Shown here piece after piece: positions 41,856-55,653 of a DNA stretch of 64,000 nucleotides. The notes beneath the pieces were generated by a model. It was not told the origin of the DNA. It was given only the letters and a program-made list of their open reading frames with translations, and searched no databases. The translations under genes were made by a program, and so were the position numbers. The DNA comes from the human T2T-CHM13v2.0 reference genome, Homo sapiens. The DNA is taken from NCBI RefSeq assembly GCF_009914755.1, contig NC_060944.1, one strand, 5' to 3'. Within the stretch, counting starts at the first letter, position 1. Every line of letters starts with the position of its first letter.

Positions 41856-44800
41856 AAATCTGGCAGTGGGCCACAGAGGTAGCTGATGTTCTATTTGTTT
41901 TGCAGTCATCCATGCACTGGTTATAGGATGTGGCTCAGAATCCCAAACTAAGTAATAAAACAAAGTCATATGTAGAGTCCAATGTGTATATTTCGACCCT
42001 TAGCATGAAGATACATACAGTGTTTTGTGACTTCCATAATTTAGAGTCTCTGTAAATTCTTTAACTCATTTAGGTATTTCATTGTAACCAAAGAAAACTT
42101 AAATATGACTTAGCAATGGTGAGCTGTGCTGTGTTCAGCACATTAATAAATGCCACCAAATGATTTCAATGAACATTTTTAGTTCATTTGTTCTGAAACT
42201 AGAAAGAAGACACTTAATATTGGTTTCTGACTTTTGAGCAAATTTTATTTCCTCGGTTAATACTCTGAATGTAATTTACTTGCTATGCTTGCTAACAATG
42301 GAAAGCATTGAATTTGGTTTTGTGGCTTATGCTCTTTATCAATTATATGCCATTGATAAAGTTGTCTACCTCCACTGCAATACTGGGAAGGTTAATAAAG
42401 AGAGAGCGTGCTCATTTGAGTCAGTTCTGTACTGACAGAACGTGCATCTCTGGCTATTTGTGGTATGTATATGGCCTATCAGAAACTACAATAATAATTG
42501 AGACCAATTTAATAACCATTATACCAGTGACCTAGTCATTCTTGTAGTTTGGTATATTTAATGCATTTACATTCATTTGTGGATCCATGTAGACCACACA
42601 TTCATTCATCTATTCAACGACTTTTCATTGAGTATCTTCTATGTATAAGGTAATTCTTTGTACCAGGAGATAACTGGTGAATCAGAGTAAACCAGAAAAT
42701 AGATGAATGGTTAGTATCGTTGCTCTGCTATGCACTCATTTAATGAGTCATTTTAGGATTACTATAGCAACACTATTAAAAATTTTACAGTCATTCACAT
42801 GGCTCGAAATTCAAGAATTAAAAGTTCAAAAGGGTATACAGGAAAGATTCTCTCACCCGTCTACCCAGAGCCACCAATTCTCCTCAAGAGGGCAATCAAT
42901 TTTATAGTTTCTTCTCTTTCAGCCATATTTCAAGCATATATCAGCATATACATATATAGGTATATTTGTATATATGTCATGTGTGTGTACACCGCATTTT
43001 TTCCCCACAAAAATAGTATATATGCGCTATCCATTATTCTCTAACTACCTTGTGTCACTTAATAAATTTCAAAAAGCTCTTTTAATTATTACTTAAAGAT
43101 TGGCCACATTTCTTTTTTATTCCTGTCAGCATGGTATTTCATTGTGTTAGATATTCTATTAATTTTGAATTCTTGTTGATTATATTTTATCATTATTATA
43201 AATAGTACTACAATGCATATCTTTACATAAGTTGCTTTCACTTAGATTTTTTTCCTTAATAACTAGAATTGCAAATTAAAGTGGAGCAAGTTTCTATGGC
43301 TATTGAAAAATATTCTTCAAGTTATAATCTGGAAATATTGATCTACAGTATGCACAGAATACTATGTTTTGTGTAAGAAGTGGGGGTAAGACTGTATATT
43401 TGTATTTGTATATATGTGCTTGTGTTTGCACAAGGAAATAATGCATTTAGTTGTAAGTCAGTGACTGGGTCTGGTGCAGGGGTAGGAAATAGAGGTGGAA
43501 AGCAGGCTAATTAATATATACCTCTGAAATAATTTTGAATTTTGATCCATGTGAATGTATTACTTTTTCAAAAAATTAATATTAACTATAAAATTAAAAA
43601 TCAAAGTATATTTCTTTATTATTCTGCCATTTTCAATATATGAGTACACATGGATTTTTTTAAAAAATAATTTTATAGACTGGGGTATTGGAAAAGTAGT
43701 ATAATCAGGTGGAATGCAGGAAGTCACAAAGTGGACCTGGCCTTGGAACGTGTTCATTGGTTGGATCTAATTCATAGTTTTGTTGCTTTTATTCTTGATT
43801 TTTTTTAAAAAAATGGAAAAGTAATGAAGTGTTTCCCAAATGTCATTTATTCATCCTCTTCACAGTCTTTGTCATATGTGTGAATAGTTTTCACTGTTAT
43901 TCACTTACTACTTCACTAAAATAATTTATTTTTCTTTTTTTTGGATTTTTATAGCAGTGCCATTAACAAAAAGCCAATATTATTTTCCATGAGTAGAAGC
44001 TGCATAAATTGGAGCTCCTTCAGAGAAGAAGAACCACAGGAAGATATTTAATTAGAGGTTTGGTTTGGGGATTTTGGGGATTATTTCTTTTGCACTTGTA
44101 GGAACCTGGTTTGCAGGGTCTAGGTGCTCCTAGTGCTGAAACCTGACATCAGAAGTGAAGATGGACATAAAATGAGGTGATTGAAGACAAACTGCAGCCT
44201 ATGAAGATGGGCTAGAAGCATCTGATTTTCAAAGCCCCCAATCCACCAACTTCAAAGATGGGGTCATCTTGTAAGGAGAAGAGCTAAGCAGGTGCTTGGC
44301 CGAGGTTTCTGAGGAGCTGAAGGAGGATCTGGAAGCAGTTAAAGTAGTTGCAGCCCAGCTGTTGTCCATGCCACCCTGGTGAACCAGCACATCAGAGACA
44401 GTGCGCATGAGTGAGAGTAGTGTGCACTGCCCTGAGCTTCCAGCGGGGAAGCTCACCTTCACCTTCCCACATCCTACAATATGGCTAACTTTGTCCACCT
44501 TCCAGATCTGGCTACCCTCAATATGGCTACCCTAACCTTCCCACATCCTACAATAAGGCTACCTTTGTCCACCTTCTAGATCTCGCGGTCCACCCTAATT
44601 CTGACCTGTGCAAGGAAAGCAATTCTTTGAAAAATAGTTCTAGTTTAACTGAGCTGATATAATACAAATCCACTGCAAAAGATAACTAAAAATAAATACA
44701 ATGAAAATGAAGCAATATTAGACACATTGTTCAATGAAGGCACTGAGCCTGAGGCTTTCTCTTGTTGAAAAGCAAGATCTGGAAGTTTTAGGGGGGGTTT

Positions 44801-45546
44801 AAAATTATTGTTACCCACTGAATGGAACTTCTCCTTGACTCACTCAGAAGGACTGACATGAAAAATGAGTATCTTTCTCAACGTGAGGTTCTGTGCCATT
44901 TGTTGCCTCTCCCAATACAGTTTCTTCTTCTCTCTCAGTTGAAGGAGGATACAGGGGTGATTGGAGATGGTGTCATGCTATCCTTGGCCTTATCTGCATT
45001 TCTGCTTCTTAAACGAATGAAATGATGAACTAGATGATCATATGGTAGACAGAAGGGAAAAGAGTGATTTTATTTATCTGTAGACAGAGCTCTTTGAAGA
45101 CCTGTCATGGGCACACATCAAAGACAAATGTTGTGTGCATCAAAGGCTTGTTGGCTTTTGAGGTGGTAGGTGAGAAAAAAGCATAGTTTGGCTCATATCT
45201 GTGAAAGGTGTTTTGGCCATCTCAGTACCCATTGGAGAATTTTGTGTAGCTAAAGAGACCTCATGACTTTGAGTTTCTGGCAGACCTACTAACTGTGGAT
45301 GGAAGCACCAGGGGCTGGCTTCTCACTGAGATGCTTCTATTCATATCTGTCCCGGTGGCATTCCCCAAGTGGTGTCTCCTGGATCCCCTCCATCCTTGAA
45401 TCTGTGCCTCATCCCACACCCCACTGCTCAGGTTTGAATTGGTTCTGCAGTTTACCAGTGGTTTGACCTTGGGGAAGTCACTTCAAGTCCCTGCAATGTA
45501 GGGATATTATAGGCTCCAAATCACTGGGTAGTTGTGAGGATTAAAT

Positions 45547-45760
45547 CAGGGGTTGGTAAATTATGATCCAAAGGCCAAAATGCCCCTCTCTCCTGCTTGT
45601 TTTTGCAAATAAACTTTCACGGGAACACAGCCATACCCATTAGTTTACATGTAATCTGTGGCTGTTTGCACACCTCGCAGCAGCAAGTTGAGCAGTTGTG
45701 GCAGAGACCCTGTGGCTCACAAAGCCTAAGGTATTTACTGAAAAAGTTAGCTGACCCCTG
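45547..45760 (+). mobile_element. MER58A (hAT-Charlie) inserted in a MIR
   Basis: Terminal inverted repeats caggggttgg...ctgacccctg; 8-bp TSD gattaaat/gattaaac. Confidence 0.85.
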
Positions 45761-45784
45761 GATTAAACAAGTGAATACCTATAA

Positions 45785-46690
45785 ATTCAATTCCCAAATG
45801 TTTATGGGCTGCTATATTGAGGTATTGAGCCTATAAGAGTGAAGAAACACAGACAAAAGTCCCTGCCCTCATGGAGCTTACAGTTCAAGGAGGGAAACAG
45901 ATAATAAAGCAAAAAGAAAACCCCCAAAATGTAAAATATATGTAAAGTGATTTAGTGGTATGGAGGGGGAAATGCAGGAAATAAAGAGAAAGAGAGAGAA
46001 AGAGAGAGTATAGGGGGTGGGAGATGCAATTTTAATTAGGGTCATTAGGGAACCTTCACTGAAAGAGTAACATGACATCAGAGCCATGTGGACACATGAA
46101 GAAGAGGGTTCCAGGCAGAAGGAACAGCCAGCATAAAAGGACAAGAGCCTTGAGGTGAGAGTGTGTGTCTGAGTGTTCAGAGACCAACAGGGAGGCCAGT
46201 GTACTCAAAGCCCGCTGGGTGGTGGAGAGGAGAGACCTGAAGATGCTTTCAGTGAGCTGGGACTTCCTTGGCCACAGACAGGATGTTGCATTTTGTTCTT
46301 CATGGGAAGGAAGGCACTACTGGCTTGTGAGCTGGGGATAGTGTGCTTTGGATTGCATTTTAAAAACATCACTCTGGCTGCAGATGGCGGCCATGAGTGG
46401 CAGCTTGAACTGGGGTTAGAGCTGTAGAGGTGGTGAGAAGCAGCCCAGCTCTGCCTATATTATAAAAACAGAGAGTTGAGAATTCCCTGACAGATTTGGA
46501 GTGCATCAGGAAAGAAAGAGAGAAGTCAGGAAGACTTTGATACTTTGACTTGGTCAACTGCAGGAATGGGATTACCATTAACTGCAATGTGGAAGAAACA
46601 GAGATAGGGCAAGTTTTGGGGTCAAGGTTAAGAGTCAGAATCAAAGATGTTAATTTTGAGCTGCCCCTTAGACATCGGGGTGGGATTGTT
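45785..46690 (-). mobile_element. L2
   Basis: agtccctgccctcatggagcttacagt, ttccaggcagaaggaacagc, aaaacatcactctggctgc. Confidence 0.75.
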
Positions 46691-46794
46691 TAGAACAATG
46701 TCTGCCATGTAGTAAATTTTCAATACATGTTGGCTGTACCATGATTGGCATTATTACTGAAGGCTTACTCAATACATGCCATTTTATTTCTTTA

Positions 46795-47100
46795 AATTTT
46801 ATTTTAATGTATTTTATTGAGACAGGGTCTTTCTCTGTCACCCAGGCTGGAGTTCAGTGGCACTATCATGGCTCACCGCAGCCTCCACCTCCTGGGTTCT
46901 AGCGATCTCCCACGTCAGCCTCCCAGGTAGCTGGGACTACAGGTAGGTGCCACCACGCCTGGCTAATTTTTACAAACTTCTTGTAGAGGCGGAGTCTCTC
47001 CGGTTGCCCAGGCTGGTCTTGAACTCCTGGGCTCAAGTGATCCTCCCTCCTTGGCCTCTCAAAGTGCTGGGATTAGAGGTATCAGCCACTGCTCCTGGCT
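46795..47100 (-). mobile_element. AluJ
   Basis: atcatggctcaccgcagcctc, ttgcccaggctggtcttgaactcctgggctcaag. Confidence 0.9.
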
Positions 47101-47620
47101 TGATAAATATTTTTGAATACCTGCTATGTGGCAGCACTGTAGAAACAATGACTGAGTTCTGGTTTCTGTCTTCATGGGGAGATAGAGAAACACCTGGCGA
47201 TCATACGCGAGGTCACTGCTCTGAAGCAGTGCAGCTTTCGGGGAATCACAGACTCTGCCTGGGTCCTAAACATGATTTCTTTGAAGTTAGCCATTTACAG
47301 TTTATTTAATCTATCTATATCCTTGTCCTCATCTATAAAATAGGAACATCAACTTTATTTGGATAATGCATCTAAGTGCTCAGTAAACACCAGCTGTTAG
47401 TATAACATAAAGGATTCTATAAAATCAGTCATTTGTTTCACAAATATTTTTTGAGTACTTATTACCACGTTACAGGAGTTTGGAAAGTACTTGGGATACA
47501 GTATGAACAAGAACACCCTGCCTTTAAGGAGATCAAGGGGGACTGAGTGGGGATAAATAAATGAAAATGATAGGTCGAGGTAATAACTACATAGAAAATA
47601 AAAATATATATGTTCTACAG

Positions 47621-47952
47621 CAGCACTGTCCAATGGAGACATAATTAGAGGCCACATGTGAGCCACATGTACAATTTAACATTTCCTAGAAGCCACATTA
47701 AAAAATAAAGTGAAATAGGTGAAATTAACTTTAATGCTATATTTTATTTAATCAAATATATCCAAGACATTATCATCTTAACCCATAAAAATATAAAAAT
47801 TATTAATCAAACATTCTACATTATCTTTTCTACTAAGGCATCAAAAATCCGGTATTTTACGCCCTGTGGCACAATTCTTTTCAGCCTAGCCACATTTCAA
47901 GTGCTTGAAAGCTACATGTTGCTGATGGTGGTTGTCACATTGCACAGTGCAG
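47621..47952. mobile_element. MER33 (hAT-Charlie)
   Basis: cagcactgtccaat...ctagccacatttcaagtgct...cagtgcag, ~330 bp. Confidence 0.8.
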
Positions 47953-48879
47953 GTGTTGAATGATGAGGTGTCTGCTTTAGACTGAATGGTCAGGGGAAGA
48001 TGAGATCTTATGACAGGAAGGACCCAGCCATGAGAAATTTGAAGGAAGCCCTCATGGGTACAAGATAGAACTAGGCAAAGAACCTAGGGCAGGAATGGGC
48101 TTCTTATGATAATTAAAAGCAGATCAACAAAGCCACTGGGGCCACACCCTAGAGAAGAAAAAGGATAGTCATATCACAATGGAGAATTATTTGGGGCCAG
48201 TTCTGGTAGGAGTTTAAAGAGTTCATGATGAGGAGAGTGGATGCATTCTAAGTGTATTGAGAACCCGTGGAGGATTTAAGAAGGGAAGTGATATGATTAA
48301 GCTATCACTGACTGCTATGCAGAGAGTAGAATGTTAACAGCAAGCATGTAAGCACAAAGCCATGAGAAATACATCCAGTCTAGCTTTAGAAGCTCGAAGA
48401 TGGCTTGGAGGAAATGTGTCCTAAAGAGGACTTACCCATGCCAAAGTTGGGTTTAGACGGGGTTTTCAGAGTCAGGGGGTGTTTTAGACCCATAGACTTC
48501 AAACTTTTCTGATTATACAATGCATGCAATTAAAAGTAGAACTCCCAGTATTTGTATAGGTGTTTATTTCCTATACATGTGCACTGCTATCAAACCATGT
48601 ATTGCAGTGTTATTATTTTACTACAATTTTTCTTATTTATCCCACCTCCCCACCACACATAAATAAAAGTTTCATTATTTTTTTCTTTTATCCCACTGCA
48701 TTTTACTTTGGAAATGACTGTTCCAGGCAGACAGAATTGCACAGGCAAAGGGCTGGGGATATAATGATGCTTGTCACACATACGAGATGGCAGGAGCTTA
48801 TATCTGGAGGGTGGAAATAAGGAAGTGGGTAAGGTGATGGTGAGGGAGTGTTGAGAACTGTGCAGGGGCTACCTCATGA

Positions 48880-49861
<982 letters not shown>

Positions 49862-50289
49862 TGATGGGAGGCCATTGCTGGGTTTTAAGCAAGAGATGGT
49901 GTCTAGTATTTTGGTAAGCATTTTACATTCATTTTCTCATCTTATTTATCTTTAACATCTGCAAAGCAGGAACAAATGAAAGGGTTTCAAGCAAGATAGT
50001 GATGAGAGCATTTATTATTGAGTAGAATTTTCTCCTTTCTCTCCTCTCCACTTCTCTAATTAAATTCTGTAAGTTAAAACTCATGCTGGTAAAGACCAAG
50101 CTTTAATCACAGAGAGAAATTTCATTCTAGGACAGACTGCTTGCCTGCTCACACTGACCCCTGCCTCCACCTGTCCCGAAAACTAATGCTGCCTGGGAGC
50201 TAGTCGACTAAAAACCACCCAGTTACACTGCGATCTGGAAATGTCCATTGGAGGCTTTCAGACGGCAGTACATATGCTTTTAAAAATAC

Positions 50290-50462
50290 TGGGGTGGGGG
50301 GATGGGGGGAGGGAGAGCATTAGGGAAAATAGCTCATACATGCTGGGCTTACTACCTAGGTGATGGGTTGATGGGTGTAGCAAACCACCATGGCACACGC
50401 TTACCTATGTAACAAACCTGCACATCCTGCACATGTACCGCAGAACTAAAAATAAGAATTAA
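50290..50462 (+). mobile_element. 5'-truncated L1PA (approx. PA8-13) 3' UTR
   Basis: gcaaaccaccatggcacacg..acctatgtaacaaacctgcacatcctgcacatgtacc; TSD aaaaatac. Confidence 0.88.
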
Positions 50463-51246
50463 AAAAATACCGACTTACATTTTTTTGTTTGCATTCTTTA
50501 TTCATATGGGAAATCTGCTGCTATAATAAACAAAGCTATTCATTTTTCTTACTGTAGGTTCTCCTTTCTCCCTTCCTTGGTTAAGCAAACTCACCCTAGA
50601 AGGGGCTGTTTATCCACAAATCCTCAGTAATTAAGAGTCACACTTGACACTTAATTTTAAAATATATGTACACTAAATAGCATAACATTTTAAAAACAGC
50701 TGATTTTAATCTTTGTACTTGTACAGTTTTTAGCTTTTTATTAGATTTAAAGAGAGAAGAAAACCATTTTATGTTAAATTTTTAGTCACTGTTAAGAGAG
50801 GTGTTTTATTGCCAATCTCTTTAAACCACAGCCAGGCATGTATACTCAGAAAATTACTTTACATGATAATGACTAACTGGAAAAACTGATAATATTATTG
50901 AAACATTGAGAGAAATGTTGTGGGGGGTTTTAAAATAAATTCAACATAGGATCCCATGGCCTAGTTTTGGAAAGAACAACTCTCCTTCCCGCTCTACTGG
51001 AATGCAGTTGGCCCAGCCCCCGCTGCCTTGCTTGAGTTCCCTTACATTGCCCTGGGTTGTGTTGGCTTGGAAGGCTGCCTGGCCTTGTGTGCTTGCTGGG
51101 CTGAAATTACTCTCCCTGCTCGGCTATTGGGAGCACACCCCATCTACAAATTTGTCCACTTGATTTCACTCCTGCGCCTCTGGAGTTGAAAGAGTAGCTC
51201 ATTAAAATGGGAATGAGCCAGAGGGCTCCGCAGGGCTGGTTTGATC

Positions 51247-51267
51247 AACACTGTCCGTGGTGCTCAG
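51247..51267 (-). promoter_or_regulatory. Candidate RE1/NRSE (REST-binding) element
   Basis: Minus strand CTGAGCACCACGGACAGTGTT vs consensus TTCAGCACCACGGACAGCGCC; 14-nt core identical with canonical 2-nt spacer. Confidence 0.6.
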
Positions 51268-51339
51268 CAGGACAACACAGAGTAGCATTTGCATCTGAGG
51301 ACAGTCAAACCCACATCACCAGGCTTCAACCACAACTGC

Positions 51340-51720
51340 AGTAATAGCTACCATTTATTATTTTCTACGGGCTCAATGCTGAGCTAAACACTTTCATGTG
51401 CTTTTATTAAGCTTTACCTTGACTTCATGAGCTAGGTAGCATCACTTTGGAGAATGAGGGTGCTTTAAGTCACACACTTCCACTTCCAGGGTATCAATGC
51501 TGCATTGACCACTTCCTAGCTTTGTGACTTTGGGCAAGTGGACTAACTCCTGGATGCTCACATTTACCCATCTTTAAAATGGGGATATACTACATAGAGC
51601 TGTTGTATCAAGCAGGATACCATAGTGCCTGATACATAGTAGGTGCTCAATAAAAGTTATTGACATTGCTTTGCTAATAGGTACTTAGGTTTAGGAAGGT
51701 GAAGTCACCTGCTTAACTTC
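51340..51720. mobile_element. MIR fragments
   Basis: gctttgtgactttgggcaagt..catctttaaaatggggata..agtaggtgctcaataaa. Confidence 0.65.
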
Positions 51721-53289
51721 CTCATGCTCATAAAACAGATATTTTCTCTGGCCTTACCAAAAGATGAACCAAAGAAAGTAAAGTAGAAAAGGTGGTAGAT
51801 AGCTGATAATTTTTTAAAATGTGTTTCTAGTATGCTAGTTTGTTATACATAGTTTCTTGGAGAATTTAAAAGCCGTTGGCTTAATGTTCATTCACTGTCA
51901 ACTAACACTAGGTAAACATTCATAGCTGCAATTTATATTGGTGATGGTGCAAATGGCAGAAAATTCGATCCAAACTAAGCAAAGAGGAAGGTATTGGCTT
52001 ATCAGATTCAAAGGCCCAGGGATGCACCTGACTTGAGGAATGGCTCATTGCTGGAGTCAGTGACATTGATGGGACCTGATTCTCTCTTGGCTTTTCTTTC
52101 CTTCATTCTCATACAGTCTCTTCTTGGGGTTGCAAGATGACTGCAGCAGTTTTAAAACTCATATCCTTTCAGATTCTTTCCCAATGAGGGAGAGAATGTA
52201 CTTCTTTTTCCTAACTTTTGAAGAAGCATTTTTAAGCCTGGCCTTCATTGGCCAAAATTAGGTCCCATGTCCACCATTGAATGAATCTTGTGGCTTAGAT
52301 GATGGGGTAGGAGGATTGGGTCAGGCCATTCAGTTTGCTCTCTGTTGAACCTGTGGCTGTGTCTACCTTATACACACCAACAGAGCAGAGGTGGCTTCAC
52401 CAAGGAAATGTGGAGTGCTGTTTACCTGTGTGAAAGAACAGATGCCCCATGACACAAGCAGTAGAAATCCACTAGACTACTGAATACATAATGAGTAGAC
52501 TCACCTATGAATGTGGAGACATCTGCTTCCTTTCTTTTCCTATTTCCTGAAAGTTTTCTTTCTGCAAAATATACCTATTCAGAGAATAAAGAAAAAATAA
52601 AGAATTATCCTTCTCAAGGGAAAAGAGCCATCCATAATGCAGTCTTTTAGATTTTCTGCTGGTCCCATAAATATTGCAATACATTGTTTATACTCAGACC
52701 ATCATGTCATTTATGATGATTAGCAGGAACTCAAAAGGCATTGACTGACCTGGACAGTTACAATTTGTTAAAAATATGCATTGTGATTTTTTTCTCATAT
52801 TGGGGGTCAACTTAAGAAGTTGACTTTGTCATTTATACACAGTTTATTTATCCATGGTAACAGCAGCCTACAGTGGGCCTAATTATAGGCCCACTAATTA
52901 TTTGCCTTTGGGACAGTGAGGGTGATAAAACATGGGTTTTGATAAGAAAGTTTGGCATTTTTAGTAGTATTCTTTTATGTTAAAATGTTGTACTTTGCTT
53001 TACTCTTATGAAAACACTTTTTGTTAAAAAAAGAAATTTGCTATGAAGGATAAACTCCATTTCAATGGTGTATATTAGTCTTCGGCCTCAGTCACTACAT
53101 AGCTGCTGTAATGTGGTTCTGGGGAAGCCCATCACCAGAGCACGTGGCAGCTGGGAGTGGAAGAAGGGTGCAAAGAGTAAAGGAAGCAGAGAGGAGCAAG
53201 AGCAAACATTTGTGGGGGCCTAAGCATGTTTCAGAAATGTTGCGTCAACTCTTATTTCCTCATAACAAACTCATGATGTAGGTTTGTTT

Positions 53290-53610
53290 TGTAGACACTG
53301 CTGGGCATCTCACTGATGGCTTTTTCCCCCTTATACACCAGCAGATCCTCGGGTTGTTTGGGGTCATGTGATACCCAGCTAAAATAACTACATTTCCCAG
53401 CTCCTCAGCTCATGCTCAGTCATCTGATAGGGCTTCTGGTGAAGCCCTTTAATAAGGGGCAGAATATGTTGGCAACTTGTCTTTTGCCTCTTCCTAGAGT
53501 GTACCCAGGGATGCTCCTGGAGATTGAGCAGTCATCTTGGAACTATGGGCTAATAAGACATAGTAATTAGTTTTCTGTTACATTCAGCTGAATGCAATTC
53601 CTAATTAGAA
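53290..53610 (+). mobile_element. LTR33-like ERVL LTR
   Basis: tgtagacactgct..cccagctaaaataactacatttcccagc..ttctgttacattcagctgaatgcaattcctaa. Confidence 0.6.
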
Positions 53611-53989
53611 AAACATTGTTCATAGTAGTTAATTGAGCTTTTTAGTGAGAATTAAGCAGTCACTTTTTATATTCAGCCTGGGACCCAGCTTCACCAGTTT
53701 TTCCAATTTTTAAAAACAAAATTGGAAATCAGCTTTTACGTAAAATTTTGTCTTAAAATATTGGTTTGTTTTGTTTGCTTGTTTGCTTTAAATACTCTGA
53801 GCAAAAAAAAAAAAAAAAAAAAAAAAAAACCCAACATCCATTTGTAGGCCACCATTTTGCCACCACTGGTCATTTATTGCTTTCATTTATTCACTTAACA
53901 AACCATGGAGATGTTGAAAGTAATTCAGAAGTGTGTCACTAAAGGACTAGAGAATAAGACTGTCAAAGGAAGATTTTTAAAACGTGAGA

Positions 53990-54325
53990 TTATTAAAGTT
54001 GAAGAAGAGTGGGCTGTGCATTGGCTAATTAATAGTTTTCAAATATATGAAGGGATTTTAGACAGCTGATGTTGACTATCCTTTGTCTTCTGCAGAATAG
54101 GGTAAAAAAGAAAACACAATTATTTTTCAGGAGAAGAATTTTGAATAAATGAATAAATACGAGAACAGTTTTCTAGGTGCTGAGAATTATTAAATTTTAG
54201 CAGAGGAAGGGGCTGTGGGCCTTTATTTTGTAAAGTTTTTTTGAATTAGGACAGATTATCAGAGAGAAATTTGTGTGGTTTTGGTGACCTTGGAATTACC
54301 TCCCATCTGGAATTTTGAGATTCAG
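53990..54325 (+). mobile_element. L3/CR1 3' remnant
   Basis: gttttcaaatatatgaaggg and the terminal tgacctt..ctccca..tttgagattc resemble the CR1 3' end. Confidence 0.4.
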
Positions 54326-55358
54326 ATTACTTATTCTGAAGGGATTCAATAGCTGCACCCTACTTTTTGTACTCATTGTGCACTGCAGGATGCAATTCAA
54401 GGGAATAGCTGGGAAGTCCGAAGTGGTTTTGGATTCTGATTTCTTGACAAAGTCGTTGGTACCTCCTAAGCCATCACTGCTCCAGTTAAGGGACATGTGG
54501 CTCTGAATACAGGGCTCCTTTTGGAGTCTCCCCTGGGATGTCACATCTTCTGGTTTGACAGATGCCAACTTGACATTTTTCTCCTCTTTCATTATTCTGA
54601 ATAATTCTGCAAAGCCCTCATCCTCCCAGCACTATATGTACTAAGCGTGAGAATTTGCCTTTTCCACTTGTCAAAATATGTTAAGAGTTTGTAGGAGTCC
54701 AAGGTCATGCTTCAGTTTTCAGACAGAAGAGGAATTCCAAGAATTCCAGAAATGGCAGGAGATCTCTTTTCTTGCTAACTTTGGTTCAGGTGTGCTTTAA
54801 AAATTCAACATTTAATGGGCTGTTAAATATTCCTTCCTCTTGCTGAGGAACTTCAAGTTATTTTAATATATATTGAGGGTTGCCTAGTAACTACAGCTTT
54901 ACTAGCTTACTGAGAGAAGTTTTACTCTTTTTTTTTTTTTTTTTTTTTTTGGCTACAGAAAGGCAATCGGGAGAGCAATTGGAGATGGCTTCATGGAGAA
55001 AAGGAGGAGGAATATGGTGTCTCTTTGGGACTTGAGGTCATGTAAAACTGATGTTAGAAGAAACATGTAGGTCCCTGTCTGAGGCAATTAGAAGCAAGTT
55101 CAAGGAAATCATCTTCCACTTAATCTTTGCTTATGCTGAATAGTTTGAGTGAATGATGTCACAGGGAGTTGAATTACCGAAATGCTCACCTGCCTTCCCC
55201 CATTTCTCCCTCCCTTCCTCCTTCCATCCTTCTTTCCGTCCCTCCCTTCTTCTCTTCTTCCTTCCTTCATTTCTTTCTTTTTCTTTTTTTAAAGAAAATA
55301 AATAATCTTACTGTTCTAAGGACCTAACTTCAGGCTCTGAGATATGTATTAGTTATAA

Positions 55359-55653
<295 letters not shown>

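Noticed and set aside
53803-53829. Long poly-A run as a processed pseudogene tail
   Set aside because: No TSD, ORF or mRNA-like sequence upstream; treated as a simple mononucleotide run
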